Shown here piece by piece: positions 52,560 through 62,159 of a DNA stretch of 64,000 bases. Position 1 is the first letter of the stretch. Each line of letters opens with the position of its first letter. A program made the position numbers and the translations under genes. Below the pieces are notes generated by a model. That model was given only the letters and a program-made list of their open reading frames with translations, did not search any database and was not told where the DNA came from. This stretch comes from a virus (taxonomy: Duplodnaviria > Caudoviricetes): the IMG/VR virus record IMGVR_UViG_3300021387_000199, positions 70,295 to 134,294 of that record; one strand, 5' to 3'.

Positions 52560-54806
52560 TTGAGGACATTACTGATTTTCAGGGGATCCCCAGGTTGCGG
52601 AAAATCTACGTTCATCGCGAAGAATTACCTTACGCCGTACACTCTCTGCCCGGACACGATCAGGCAGCAGTTACAGGGATGGGTTCAGCTGCCAGATGGT
52701 AAGCTGGGTATTTCCGGTAAGAACGAGAAGAAGACCTGGGAGATCCTTTTTGATTGCCTTGAGCGCCGTATGCAGAACGGCAGTTTCACGGTAATAGACG
52801 CGACGAGTTCTAAAGCCACTGAAATGAACAAGTATAAGAAGTTGGCCGACGACTATAAGTACCGGATCTTCTGCGTAGACATGACAGATGTACCGATCGA
52901 CGAGTGCAAGCGTAGGAACCGACTGAGGGCTGAGTATAAACAGGTGCCGGATGAGACGATCGACAAGATGTACTCCAGATTTGCCACTCAGAAGATCCCG
53001 TCTGGTATCAAAGTGATAAAGCCTGAAGAACTGGATTCCATCTGGCTTCAGGAATTCGATCTTTCTTCCTATAAGAAGATCTGCGTGATCGGCGATGTTC
53101 ACGGTTGTTATTCAGCGCTGTCTAACTACATCGGGGAAATCTGTGATGATTATTTTTACATCTTTGTCGGCGACTACTTCGACAGAGGAATTGAGAACGC
53201 CGCCGTATTTCGATTCATTCAGGAACATATAGACAAGAAGAACTTCCTTTTCCTTGAAGGTAATCACGAGAGACATCTGAAGGATTACGGGGAGAATAGG
53301 CAGTCCAGATCGTGGGTGTTCAATAGTCTGACAGCGAAAGAGTTTAGCGAAGCCGGCATTTCCCGGGTAGCCGCCAGAAAGATGTACCATCGCTTCGGTC
53401 AGGTGGCTTGGATCAAGTACGGTGATAAACATTTCATAATCTCACACGGCGGATTAGCCCGCTGCCTGACAACAGGAATCGCGTTCACTAAGACCTGTAC
53501 AGATCAGTTCATAGCCGGCGTTGGACAGTATGCCGACATGGATCTGTGCGCTGAGTCTTTCTCTAAGACCTGTCCCGACAATTACTATCAGATCTTCGGA
53601 CATAGGAACATCATAGAGTCTCCTGTTCAGGTTGACAATCACAACTACTGCCTTGAGGGTCAGGTTGAATTTGGCAAGTACCTTCGCTGTGTAGAAATCT
53701 CTGAAGTGGGAACTAAAACCATAGAAACAAAGAACGACGTCTGGAGGCCCCTCCCTGAAGAGAAGAAAGAGGATGTGGTTCCTACTAAAACGGCTACTAC
53801 GGTAGAAGACTTCGTGAACTGGGCGAGGAAGAACCGTCGGTCTGTAATAGAGAAGAAATTTGTTCTTCAGGAAGGATCCGACAGTGAAGGCCACATTTCC
53901 TCGTTCAACTTTAGCCGTACCGCTTTCGAGAAAGGTGTCTGGAATAATATCACGACCAGAGCCCGCGGATTGTTCATCGACACCGACAAAAAGACGGTGT
54001 TTGCCAGATCGTACGACAAGTTCTTTAAGACCAATGAAGTCGACGCCACGAAGGAAGAAGCTCTGAGGCAGAACTTGAAGTTCCCAGTCACAGCGTATAA
54101 GAAGTACAACGGCTATCTGCTTCTGGCTTGCTACAATCCGTATCAGGATCGAATTGAAGTCGCCAGTAAATCCACCTTCGATGGGCCATTCGCGGAAAAC
54201 GGTAGAGCTGAGTTGTTGAGGCTTCTTTGTGAAAACGGCACGTATGATTATTTCAAGCAGTATCTGAAGGAACTGAACGTGACAGCGGTGTTTGAGTACG
54301 TAGATATAGAACGCGACCCCCATGTCGTAGAAGCCGAGAAGAGCCAGTTGATCCTTCTCGATCTTGTTTGCAACAAGCTAGAGTTTGAGAAGATTTTTTA
54401 CGACAGCCTTGTGGGACTTTCTAAGAACGTCGGCATCCCGTGTAAGGAAGTGGCCTGTACGTTCAATTCCTGGCGCGAGTATTACGACTTCTATAGAACT
54501 GAGAGAGACAAGGAGATTCCTTATAGAAATCTTCCGGTTTCAGAGCAGTACGAAGGATACGTTCTCGAAGACGCCACCGGATTCCAGTGGAAGCTGAAAT
54601 CGAATTACTACAACTTCTGGAAGTCGATGAGGTTCGTACTGAAGTCGTGTGTAAAGAAAGGCTACGTAGACAACACCAGCGGGCTCACGACACCTCTGGC
54701 GAATGATTTCTACGCTTTCTGTAGAGGATATTACGGCAAGGAGGATCCGCCGGCAGACATTATTTCCGCAAGAAAAGAGTTTTATGGATTAAGCGACAAG
54801 CGCTGA
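52560..54806 (+). CDS. polynucleotide kinase / metallophosphoesterase / RNA ligase fusion (RNA repair)
   Basis: GSPGCGKS; GDVHG, GDYFDRG, GNHE; ARGLF, DKFF, KYNG (ligase motif I), EGYV. Confidence 0.85.
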   Translation: MRTLLIFRGSPGCGKSTFIAKNYLTPYTLCPDTIRQQLQGWVQLPDGKLGISGKNEKKTWEILFDCLERRMQNGSFTVIDATSSKATEMNKYKKLADDYKYRIFCVDMTDVPIDECKRRNRLRAEYKQVPDETIDKMYSRFATQKIPSGIKVIKPEELDSIWLQEFDLSSYKKICVIGDVHGCYSALSNYIGEICDDYFYIFVGDYFDRGIENAAVFRFIQEHIDKKNFLFLEGNHERHLKDYGENRQSRSWVFNSLTAKEFSEAGISRVAARKMYHRFGQVAWIKYGDKHFIISHGGLARCLTTGIAFTKTCTDQFIAGVGQYADMDLCAESFSKTCPDNYYQIFGHRNIIESPVQVDNHNYCLEGQVEFGKYLRCVEISEVGTKTIETKNDVWRPLPEEKKEDVVPTKTATTVEDFVNWARKNRRSVIEKKFVLQEGSDSEGHISSFNFSRTAFEKGVWNNITTRARGLFIDTDKKTVFARSYDKFFKTNEVDATKEEALRQNLKFPVTAYKKYNGYLLLACYNPYQDRIEVASKSTFDGPFAENGRAELLRLLCENGTYDYFKQYLKELNVTAVFEYVDIERDPHVVEAEKSQLILLDLVCNKLEFEKIFYDSLVGLSKNVGIPCKEVACTFNSWREYYDFYRTERDKEIPYRNLPVSEQYEGYVLEDATGFQWKLKSNYYNFWKSMRFVLKSCVKKGYVDNTSGLTTPLANDFYAFCRGYYGKEDPPADIISARKEFYGLSDKR

Positions 54807-54864
54807 TATATCACATAGGAGAGAGTCGGAGGCCCGGCTCTCTGTATTATTAGAAGGAGGAGCC

Positions 54865-56097
54865 ATGTAGAACTTCAACGAATTCAAGGAATTATTGCAA
54901 CTGGTAACCGGGGATGATAAAATGTCTGTGGCTGATATCGAACGACTGCAACTTGCTCAAGAAAGGAGTTCGATATTGAAACAACATACCCACAAGATTT
55001 GGGAGTCAGGAGGTTATTTTAACACATATATCCCAGACCCTTCTGCTAAAAGAGGGTACCGTCTCAAAAGGAGCCGTACAAGAGAGGGATTAGAAGAAGC
55101 AATAATAAGGCAACACAAAGAAAATGAAGCAAATCCGACGATTGACGAAGTATTCGAAGAGTGGAACAACAAAAAGCTCGAAAACGGAAGTATCGTAGAA
55201 GCAACACATCTCAGGAATAAATATTGTTACGAAAGACACTTCGGTGAATTTGGCAAAAGAAGAATCAGGAACGTTCGTCCCGTAGAATTCCAAGATTTCT
55301 TAGAATCACAGATCAAAATACATCATATGAAAGCCAGGGGTTTTGCTAATCTGAAGGGAATAGTAAGAGGTTTTCTGAAGAGGGCGAAAAAGAATGGCTA
55401 CATTTCCTTCAGCGTAGAAGAAATGCTCAATGATATGGACGTTACTGATCGGCAATTCAATAGGAATCGAAAAAGGGATGACGAAGAAATCTTCTATGAT
55501 GATGAGTTAGACAGAATCATCGAAGCGATTAGGGAAGCCCCTTATCCCAATAACCTGGCTGTAGCGCTGATGTTTGGAACCGGAATGAGGGTTGGGGAAG
55601 TAGTTGCCTTGAAACATTCAGATTTTCATGGAATGTCGGTCACTATCCAGAGATCTGAAACCCGCTATAGGATGCCCGATGGGAAGTACAATTACCTGAT
55701 TCAGGATCATCCTAAGACAGAGGCCGGCTTTCGTACCATTGTCATTCCAGATAGTTTTAAATGGGTTGTGGACAAGCTGAAAACAAGCAACCCGTTTGGG
55801 GAATGGGTATTCGTAAAAAGGGATGGAAAAACCAGAATAACCACGAACACTATCCGTACAAGGATCAGAAGCTTGTGTAAAGAACTGGACATTCCTATTA
55901 GATCATCCCATAAGATCAGAAAAACATATGGTTCAATTCTTCTGGACAGCAATCTTGATTCAAAGTTCATTCAGAGTCAGATGGGCCATGCCAGTATTCA
56001 GATTACAGAAAACTTTTATCACAAAGATAGGCGCAGAATCGACCAGAAATCGCGCATTATCAATTCTGTGGAAGCTTTCAAAAAAAGTGCAATCTGA
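54865..56097 (+). CDS. int: tyrosine integrase; the second codon is TAG
   Basis: RBS AAGGAGG + ATG TAG AAC in frame; TGMRVGE; HKIRKTY; MGH..I..T..FY. Confidence 0.9.
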
Positions 56098-56112
56098 ATA
56101 TGTGCAAAAGTA

Positions 56113-56307
56113 GTGTTCACTTCCGTGTTCACTTGAACAATTGCTCAAATAATAAACCCCCGCAAACCCGCATAAACACTGGGGTTTTTGGAGGTCTATT
56201 CTCTGGAGCATATGGGATTCGAACGACCCCATAAAGCCGATATTTCCGCACAATTCCTAGGATTTTTTTACTTTGCAACGTGTCCACTGTGTTCACTGAG
56301 CAATTGC
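56113..56307. mobile_element. attP: tRNA-Ala 3' fragment (56204-56224, - strand) flanked by arm-type repeats
   Basis: reverse complement GTTCGAATCCCATATGCTCCA; GTGTTCAC repeats at 56113, 56125 and 56289, GTGTCCAC at 56280. Confidence 0.75.
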
Positions 56308-56423
56308 AATATATATGTTTGATATCAGCCGAATTAATTATATCACTTTACACCTATCCCCTCAAATATTAAAATGAATTTACGAATCTCGCAGACTCAT
56401 TTTTCTACTTGAGGAGGTTACAA

Positions 56424-56702
56424 ATGGGGGCTGAATTCGATTTCCCGGCAAGCTTGTTGAAAGAACTAGGCTTCGAAACTTGTTACCTAACCCCTGAACA
56501 GGAAGAGCGGTTCTATGAAGTTGTTGCGGCATCCATGTCGTATGAACACGATGCATTTTCTCGACATTACGCTCTGGGTATTCCTATTGATCAGATTGCC
56601 AGAGACGAGGGCCGGAATGTCAAGCAGATTCTTCGATGGATCATCAAGATAGAGGCGAATATTCAAGGCCATAAGGAATACATCCTGACTGGAAAATACT
56701 GA
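56424..56702 (+). CDS. small HTH protein (sigma region-4-like)
   Basis: RBS GAGGAGG; HYALGIPIDQIARDEGRNVKQI. Confidence 0.55.
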   Translation: MGAEFDFPASLLKELGFETCYLTPEQEERFYEVVAASMSYEHDAFSRHYALGIPIDQIARDEGRNVKQILRWIIKIEANIQGHKEYILTGKY

Positions 56703-56711
56703 GACGAAAAA

Positions 56712-56738
56712 TAGGGTTACCCGAAAGGGCAACCCTTT
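56712..56738. terminator. bidirectional terminator between convergent genes
   Basis: AGGGTTACCC-GAAA-GGGCAACCCT. Confidence 0.75.
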
Positions 56739-56741
56739 AAT

Positions 56742-57860
56742 TTACTCGCGTCTTCGTAGTGTTTCAACTGAACTCTTCAACTTCTCAACCGTATATTCCA
56801 GATCTTCTTTTGTCGTATCTCTACCCATCGTCAGCCGGAGGGATCCATTCGCTTCTTCGTCTGATAGCCCGATTGCTTTCAGGACGTGGCTAGGTTCATC
56901 GGTTCCTGTTTCACAGGCCGATCCTGAAGAGCAGTAGATCCCGTACATCCCCAGAAGCTCTACCAGTTCCTCGCCACGAATTCCGTCGAACACGAAAGAA
57001 GCATTATTCGGCAGCCGGTATACCGGATCCCCGGTGAGCTTACTTCCCGGTATTTCGTTCAGTATCCTCTTCGTAAGATACGATCTTAGCTCAATCAGTC
57101 TTACTGATTCAGGGCCTATCTTGTCACAGGATATCTTAGCGGCTTCAGCCATCGCGACTATACCAAATACGTTCTCTGTGCCGGCGCGGAATCCTCTTTC
57201 CTGAAGTCCGCCCTGAAGAAGAGGATCTAACCTGGTGCCTTTCCTGACGTACAGGAACCCAACCCCCTTCGGCCCACCAAACTTATGAGCGGAGGCGGAG
57301 ATGTAATCCGCCCGGATCTCATTCACGTTCAGGAGCTGGTGACCGTAATACTGTGTCGCGTCTGTGTGGAACTTAGCTCCGTATTCGTGACAGATTCCTG
57401 CGATCTCCTTAATCGGCTCAACTGTCCCGATCTCGTTATTGGCGGCCATAACTGACACGAGAGGCCAGCCGTGGGGCGCTCTGAGCCATTTCTAGACCTC
57501 TTTCGGGTCAACCCTACCAGTTTTACCTACAGAGAGATAGAAGGGCTATATGAAGGCGTTAGCCGGTCTCAGGATAGCGTGGTGTTCAATAGGAGTCGTC
57601 AGTACGGTTCCTGAACCCCAGAGAACAGTGTTGTTCGCTTCTGTAGCCCCTGAAGTGAAGTATATCTCTTCAGGCTAAGCACCGAGGGTATCCGCTATCG
57701 TCTATCGCGCTTGTTCAACAGCCGCCCGGGCTTCCTGGCCGAAAGAGTAGGGGCTGGACGGATTTCCCCAATTGTGGGTTAAATACGGCATACCCGCCTA
57801 TATCGCTTCCAGATACGGGCGGGTAGTGGCCGCGTTGTCTAAATATACTATCTTTTCCAT
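56742..57860 (-). CDS. iscS: cysteine desulfurase (IscS/NifS family), 5 in-frame TAG
   Basis: [47 protein letters not shown] all in one frame. Confidence 0.9.
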
Positions 57861-57914
57861 TTCTTTCCTTTCAAACAAAAAAGAACTCAAATCTGAATCT
57901 GTAGCAGATTTTTG

Positions 57915-59660
57915 TCAATCTCTTCGATTACGAATCGCATATAAGAGAACCAGAAGAACCCCGAATGAGACAAGGACTGAATAGACAAGGCGGGATATAG
58001 GTGTCTAATCGCCGGTCTTAGGCGGTTTCAGCGGGGTGGTAGTAGCGGTCGGCTTCGATATAGATTGAGAAAATCTTGAGGTAGTACCCTTTACATCCTG
58101 ACGTTTTCTGCTGTTCCCACGTACCCCTGAATCGTCGTCATCTTCATCGTTGCCCTAATCCGAATTATCCTCATCTCTATAGTCCTTGCTCCAATCGGCT
58201 ATCTTATACTCCTGTCCTTTCTTAAAATAGATTTCAGATTCTTCCTCTTCTTCAGGCTCTTTTTCGTCCTACCAGTATTCTGACTATTCAATTTCCGATT
58301 CGGGTCTATACATTTCCGATTCGCTTTCAGATTCGATCTCTGACTCAGACTCCGATTCCGATTCTTCTTCAGTTTCAGTCTAAATCTAAGACTCTTCTTC
58401 GATTTCCGTCTCGGATTCTTCCTATGTCTCGGTTTCTTCGGTTTCAACTTCGGTTTCTATATATTCTTCGGTTTCCGTCTCTATCTCGGTTTCCGTTTCT
58501 ATCCATTTTTCCGTTTCTGTCTCGGACTATATTTCAGTTATCAGTTCAGTCTCTTCAGTCTCAACCTATTCCGTTTCTGTCTACTCGGTTTCTATCGACT
58601 AAGTCTCAGTTTCTTCAGTTTCCGGCTCTTCGGGTTCCTGAATAGATCTATAAGGCCACATGTGACCCTATCCATAGGTTGACACGTTCCAGCCAAGCAG
58701 ACAGCCGTTCGTGTTTCCGCCTTTTACTTCAATGTTAGCGTAAGGCGCTATAATACAGCCTATTTCAGGCGTGAGTTCTGTAGGTACGACGACCCCCTCG
58801 GCGTAAGGATACGTAATACAGATCGGTTCAGACCCGGCGTTTTCTTCGCCCTGGGACAGCCCTACAACCTGAGGATTAGGAACGGTTCCTGAATCGAGAA
58901 CATTGATCACTGTAGTTTCCCCGGTATATTCGCCGGTTAGTCGGATTTTACAATAATTACCGCCCAGTATCACGTTGGTGATAGTTCCCCTCTGAATTTC
59001 GACCTACTGCCAAGACCACTGGATCCTGATAGGCTCAGCTCCAGCCGAGAGTTCCTGAACATAATCGATGGTATCAACGGCGGAAGCGTAGACCCACGCC
59101 CAGGATATGTATTCGTCCGATATAAAGATCGGATCACCATGGCTATAGTTGACTATCCCGTTCAGGGTAGTACCGTCTACGGTATTAGAAGAGCCTACAT
59201 ATAGCGGTACCCCGCTATACTTCGACCTTCCGTTAGGGCCGCCGGGTTTACTCACATAGCCGCCGATGTAGCTTGGTTCGTTTATATAAGGGGTGTCAGC
59301 AAAGTTATTAGTATTACCGGACAGATTCCCCCTGACAAGGAGACTGCCCATACAGTGTTGCTCTATATCAGCTGAACCGAAAGCTATTACCCCGAAACTG
59401 TTCAGGAGATAATCAAGATCGTAGTAACCCTGATAATAACCGTCAGTTTCCGCCGGGTATTCTTCGATTAGTCCGCCATAGTTTTCAATAATATTATCCT
59501 AATCTAATTCTGTTTCTGGAGAGTAGTCGACATATTCCCCGTCATAGTCTGGCACGATGATGTCGTCCTATGCGTCCGCAGAGATAAAGTACCTGAAGAG
59601 AGAGAAGAGTAGAAGAGCCGCCACCAAGTAAATGATTGCCGTTATTTTATTCTTCCCCAT
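57915..59660 (-). CDS. cell-wall-anchored protein: signal peptide, choice-of-anchor-A-like domain, E/T/S stalk, PKTGD sorting signal; 15 in-frame TAG
   Basis: 582 codons with no internal TAA/TGA; IIAPYA...G*GHMWPY; PKTGD*TP, then TM, then RNRR. Confidence 0.85.
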
Positions 59661-59684
59661 AGCAACCACCTCCTTTCAATGTTA

Positions 59685-59858
59685 TTAATCTCTAAGATCG
59701 TTCCTTTCCCGTTTGTCTGTAAACTTCTGATTGCCAGGTTTCTTTCCGGCGCGGTTCTTAATTCGAACACCGTACTGAGAAAGAGCGTAGGAATCTTCCT
59801 ACTCAGCGTAATTATCATACGAGTAACTGGTGTTATATACGGCTTCTCTTTTCTTCAT
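59685..59858 (-). CDS. small hypothetical protein, 1 in-frame TAG at 59801
   Basis: RBS AGGAG; ...YAE*EDSY... ends TAA. Confidence 0.5.
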
Positions 59859-59932
59859 ATAAATCTCCTAAAAATAAAAAAGAACAGGAGCTGGGCTCCT
59901 GTTAATATTGATGTATTCCAATACTATCGGCG

Positions 59933-60313
59933 TCAATCTCTTTTCGGCGGTTCAGTTGGCAGTCCAACAATCTTATGTGAGATCTGCTAAATTATACCAT
60001 TTCCATTATCCCGCCTATAAGCCTCATAGAGCGCATGATACACCTACCTCTAATCGACCGAGTAGAAGCCTTTAGAAATACAATTTTGGTAATTATTCAA
60101 TAGCATTGTGCGAGCCATGCCCAATGTCAGCTGATCGTTGGCCTCGTTTCTAATACGTTGCTTCTCAGCCTCCATTGCTTCTTTCTCTTCGCGTTCTTTG
60201 CGATATTTGGTATTGTTTTCGTCCCAGGTTTTCAATTTGTGTGTTATCATCGCCGTCAAAACTGAAACTAAGATCCCCATACATGTTGAGAGGATCGCGC
60301 TAAATATAGACAT
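59933..60313 (-). CDS. holin-associated/lysis-region membrane protein, 3 in-frame TAG
   Basis: RBS AAGGAGG; N-terminal TM; KGFYSVD*R*VYHALYEAYRRDNGNGII*QI...LP matches the phage LYxAY..xGNG family. Confidence 0.7.
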
Positions 60314-60370
60314 ATCAAATACCTCCTTCAAATAAAAAGAAGACCGGGCGTTAACCCGGCCTCTCACCAA

Positions 60371-60805
60371 TTAATCTTCGTCAGGGGCAGCGTCGCCCTC
60401 TTCGGCTTCATCTTCCTTCTCAGGACGATCAACCAGATAATTGTCGATGACTGCGAAGTCACTCACAGACAGGTCGGCATCTGCCAGTTTATCCAGATCT
60501 GACTCCTGCATCTTATACAGGTCGACATCTTCAGTCTGACTAAGAACCTCGGTGAGTTCCTCAACGAACTTGGGATAATTTTCTGAATCACGCTTTACGA
60601 CGATCTGTCCCTCAACTTCGGGATCCTCTTCACCGTACTTCTGAATCAGGTCATTACGTGTCTTTTCGTAATCGTCAGCGATCTTTGCCAGCTTCGACAG
60701 GTTCCTATAAGCCAGATAGGCAACCTTTCCGGTCAGGCCGGCGTTCGCTACCTTAGACATTGTTTCATTAATTGTGACGAGCTCGTTGATAGTAAATTTA
60801 CTCAT
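60371..60805 (-). CDS. hypothetical phage protein (post-tail region type)
   Basis: YEKTRNDLIQKYG motif; RBS. Confidence 0.65.
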   Translation of the reverse strand: MSKFTINELVTINETMSKVANAGLTGKVAYLAYRNLSKLAKIADDYEKTRNDLIQKYGEEDPEVEGQIVVKRDSENYPKFVEELTEVLSQTEDVDLYKMQESDLDKLADADLSVSDFAVIDNYLVDRPEKEDEAEEGDAAPDED

Positions 60806-60883
60806 AACTTTTATTTCCTTTCTTCTTAAAATCCTTAAATCCTAAAGTGTTACCGAAAACCCTTATTTTCGGCAGTTATTCCG

Positions 60884-61126
60884 TCATACTTCCTCCATCG
60901 ACGCCAAAATCGCCGTCCGGTATTCCTGAAGTAGAGAAATCAGGTTATCCCTAATCGCCGCTCCGATCCCGATAGACACATTCCCGCAAGAAGCGCGGGT
61001 ATTCAGTGTGAGACTGTGATACTGTTTGATATTCTTCAGGGCGTCGTCTACCTTGTTCAGTTCCTATTCGTAGCTCTAATACTTCGCCGTTCGTTCTTTT
61101 GCCTGTGTATATTCTTCGTTTGTCAT
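60884..61126 (-). CDS. hypothetical protein, 2 in-frame TAG (missed by the ORF track)
   Basis: RBS AAGGAGG; MTNEEYTQAKERTAKY*SYE*ELNKV... ends TGA. Confidence 0.7.
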
Positions 61127-61162
61127 CGCTAATCCTCCTTCCTTTCGTAGTGGTACAGTACC

Positions 61163-61194
61163 TACTTCTCAATTCCTGAAGAGATTAAGCCCTT
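61163..61194 (-). promoter_or_regulatory. phage-specific bipartite promoter, copy 6
   Basis: AAGGGCTT-N15-TGAGAAGTA on the - strand. Confidence 0.7.
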
Positions 61195-61258
61195 GATCTA
61201 TTGAGGTGAGAAGAGATTAGTGATATGATTAAACGAGTTGAAAAGGAGGTATTGTCAT

Positions 61259-61798
61259 ATGAAACTGAGATTTAAAAGCTTTGTTTTATCTGTATTACTT
61301 CTCCTCTGTATATCTGTTCCGGCGATAGCAGAGGAAGCCTTACCAGTTGTTTTTTCATTCCCTCAGAAAACGTACACAGTCAATCCGGGCAAAACGACCA
61401 CCATTAAGCCGCTTCTTCCTGAAGGGGTGAAAGTCGTTAAGTGGAAGGTAAGCAACAAGAAGATCGTTAAGATCAGCCAGAAGGGCAAAATCAAGGGGAT
61501 CAAAAAGGGTAAGGTAAAAGTTACCGCCATCTCAAACACCGGCGAGAAGATTGTATGTAAAGTCAAAGTCGTACCGAAAAAGAAAACTACGGCAACAACC
61601 GCAAAAAAGAAATCTTCCTCAAAAAAGAAGAGTAGTAGCGGCGGCGGTTCTTCCGGTGGTGGTACGGTCTACTGGACCCCTAGTGGGAGCGTGTATCATT
61701 ACTCCGCCGGCTGTTCTACCCTGAGCAGATCCAGAACTGTATATTCGGGGACAATAGCTGAAAGCGGAAAACCAAGAGGCTGCAAAGTGTGTGGGTAA
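61259..61798 (+). CDS. secreted Ig-like (Big_2) protein with a C-terminal His/Cys metal-binding domain
   Basis: signal peptide; WKVSNKKIVKISQKGKIKGIKKG; VYWTPSGSVYH...C...CKVC. Confidence 0.8.
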   Translation: MKLRFKSFVLSVLLLLCISVPAIAEEALPVVFSFPQKTYTVNPGKTTTIKPLLPEGVKVVKWKVSNKKIVKISQKGKIKGIKKGKVKVTAISNTGEKIVCKVKVVPKKKTTATTAKKKSSSKKKSSSGGGSSGGGTVYWTPSGSVYHYSAGCSTLSRSRTVYSGTIAESGKPRGCKVCG

Positions 61799-61935
61799 TA
61801 TCTTTTTCTCCCAGGAGCGGGCGGGCTTAGGCTCGTCCGTTTCCGCGTATATTCCGCAAAGAGTACTTTTCGGAAGGCTCTGGGGTTACAGGCAAAATAA
61901 AAAAGACCCTCACCAGGAGAGTCTTTCTATCTTTT

Positions 61936-62157
61936 TCAATTTTTCAGAAGTTCTAAAACTTCCTCAACGGTCTTGCCGGAATCCTTGAACGCCGCCATGA
62001 GCGTCTTTATTTTCTCGGCCTCTTTCTCTTTCAGGAGATCTTTGAGTTCAGCTTTCTTTTCTTTGATCGTCTCGCTGAGTTCCTGAATTTCTGCTTCGAC
62101 CTGTTCGATCCTCTGGTCTATAGTAAGGTCGACTTTCTTTTTGCGTCCTCTTGGCAT
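61936..62157 (-). CDS. small coiled-coil protein
   Basis: RBS GAGGAGG; MPRGRKK...SGKTVEEVL. Confidence 0.7.
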   Translation of the reverse strand: MPRGRKKKVDLTIDQRIEQVEAEIQELSETIKEKKAELKDLLKEKEAEKIKTLMAAFKDSGKTVEEVLELLKN

Positions 62158-62159
62158 GG

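Noticed and set aside
56204-56224. Second full tRNA gene
   Set aside because: Only the 3' end is present and no 5' half can be folded, so it is interpreted as the attP core.
122-56253. Many - strand ORFs in the track (e.g. 122-778, 29085-29936, 53454-54323)
   Set aside because: They are antisense shadows of well-supported + strand genes with no motifs.
58199-58645. Track ORFs 58199-58447 (-) and 58424-58645 (+)
   Set aside because: They are alternative frames of the low-complexity Glu/Thr stalk of the 57915-59660 gene.
56742-61126. Cluster of pseudogenes or G-to-T sequencing errors
   Set aside because: Every interruption is TAG. The many GAA codons in the same tract never appear as TAA, there are no frameshifts, catalytic motifs are intact, and a matching suppressor tRNA is present.
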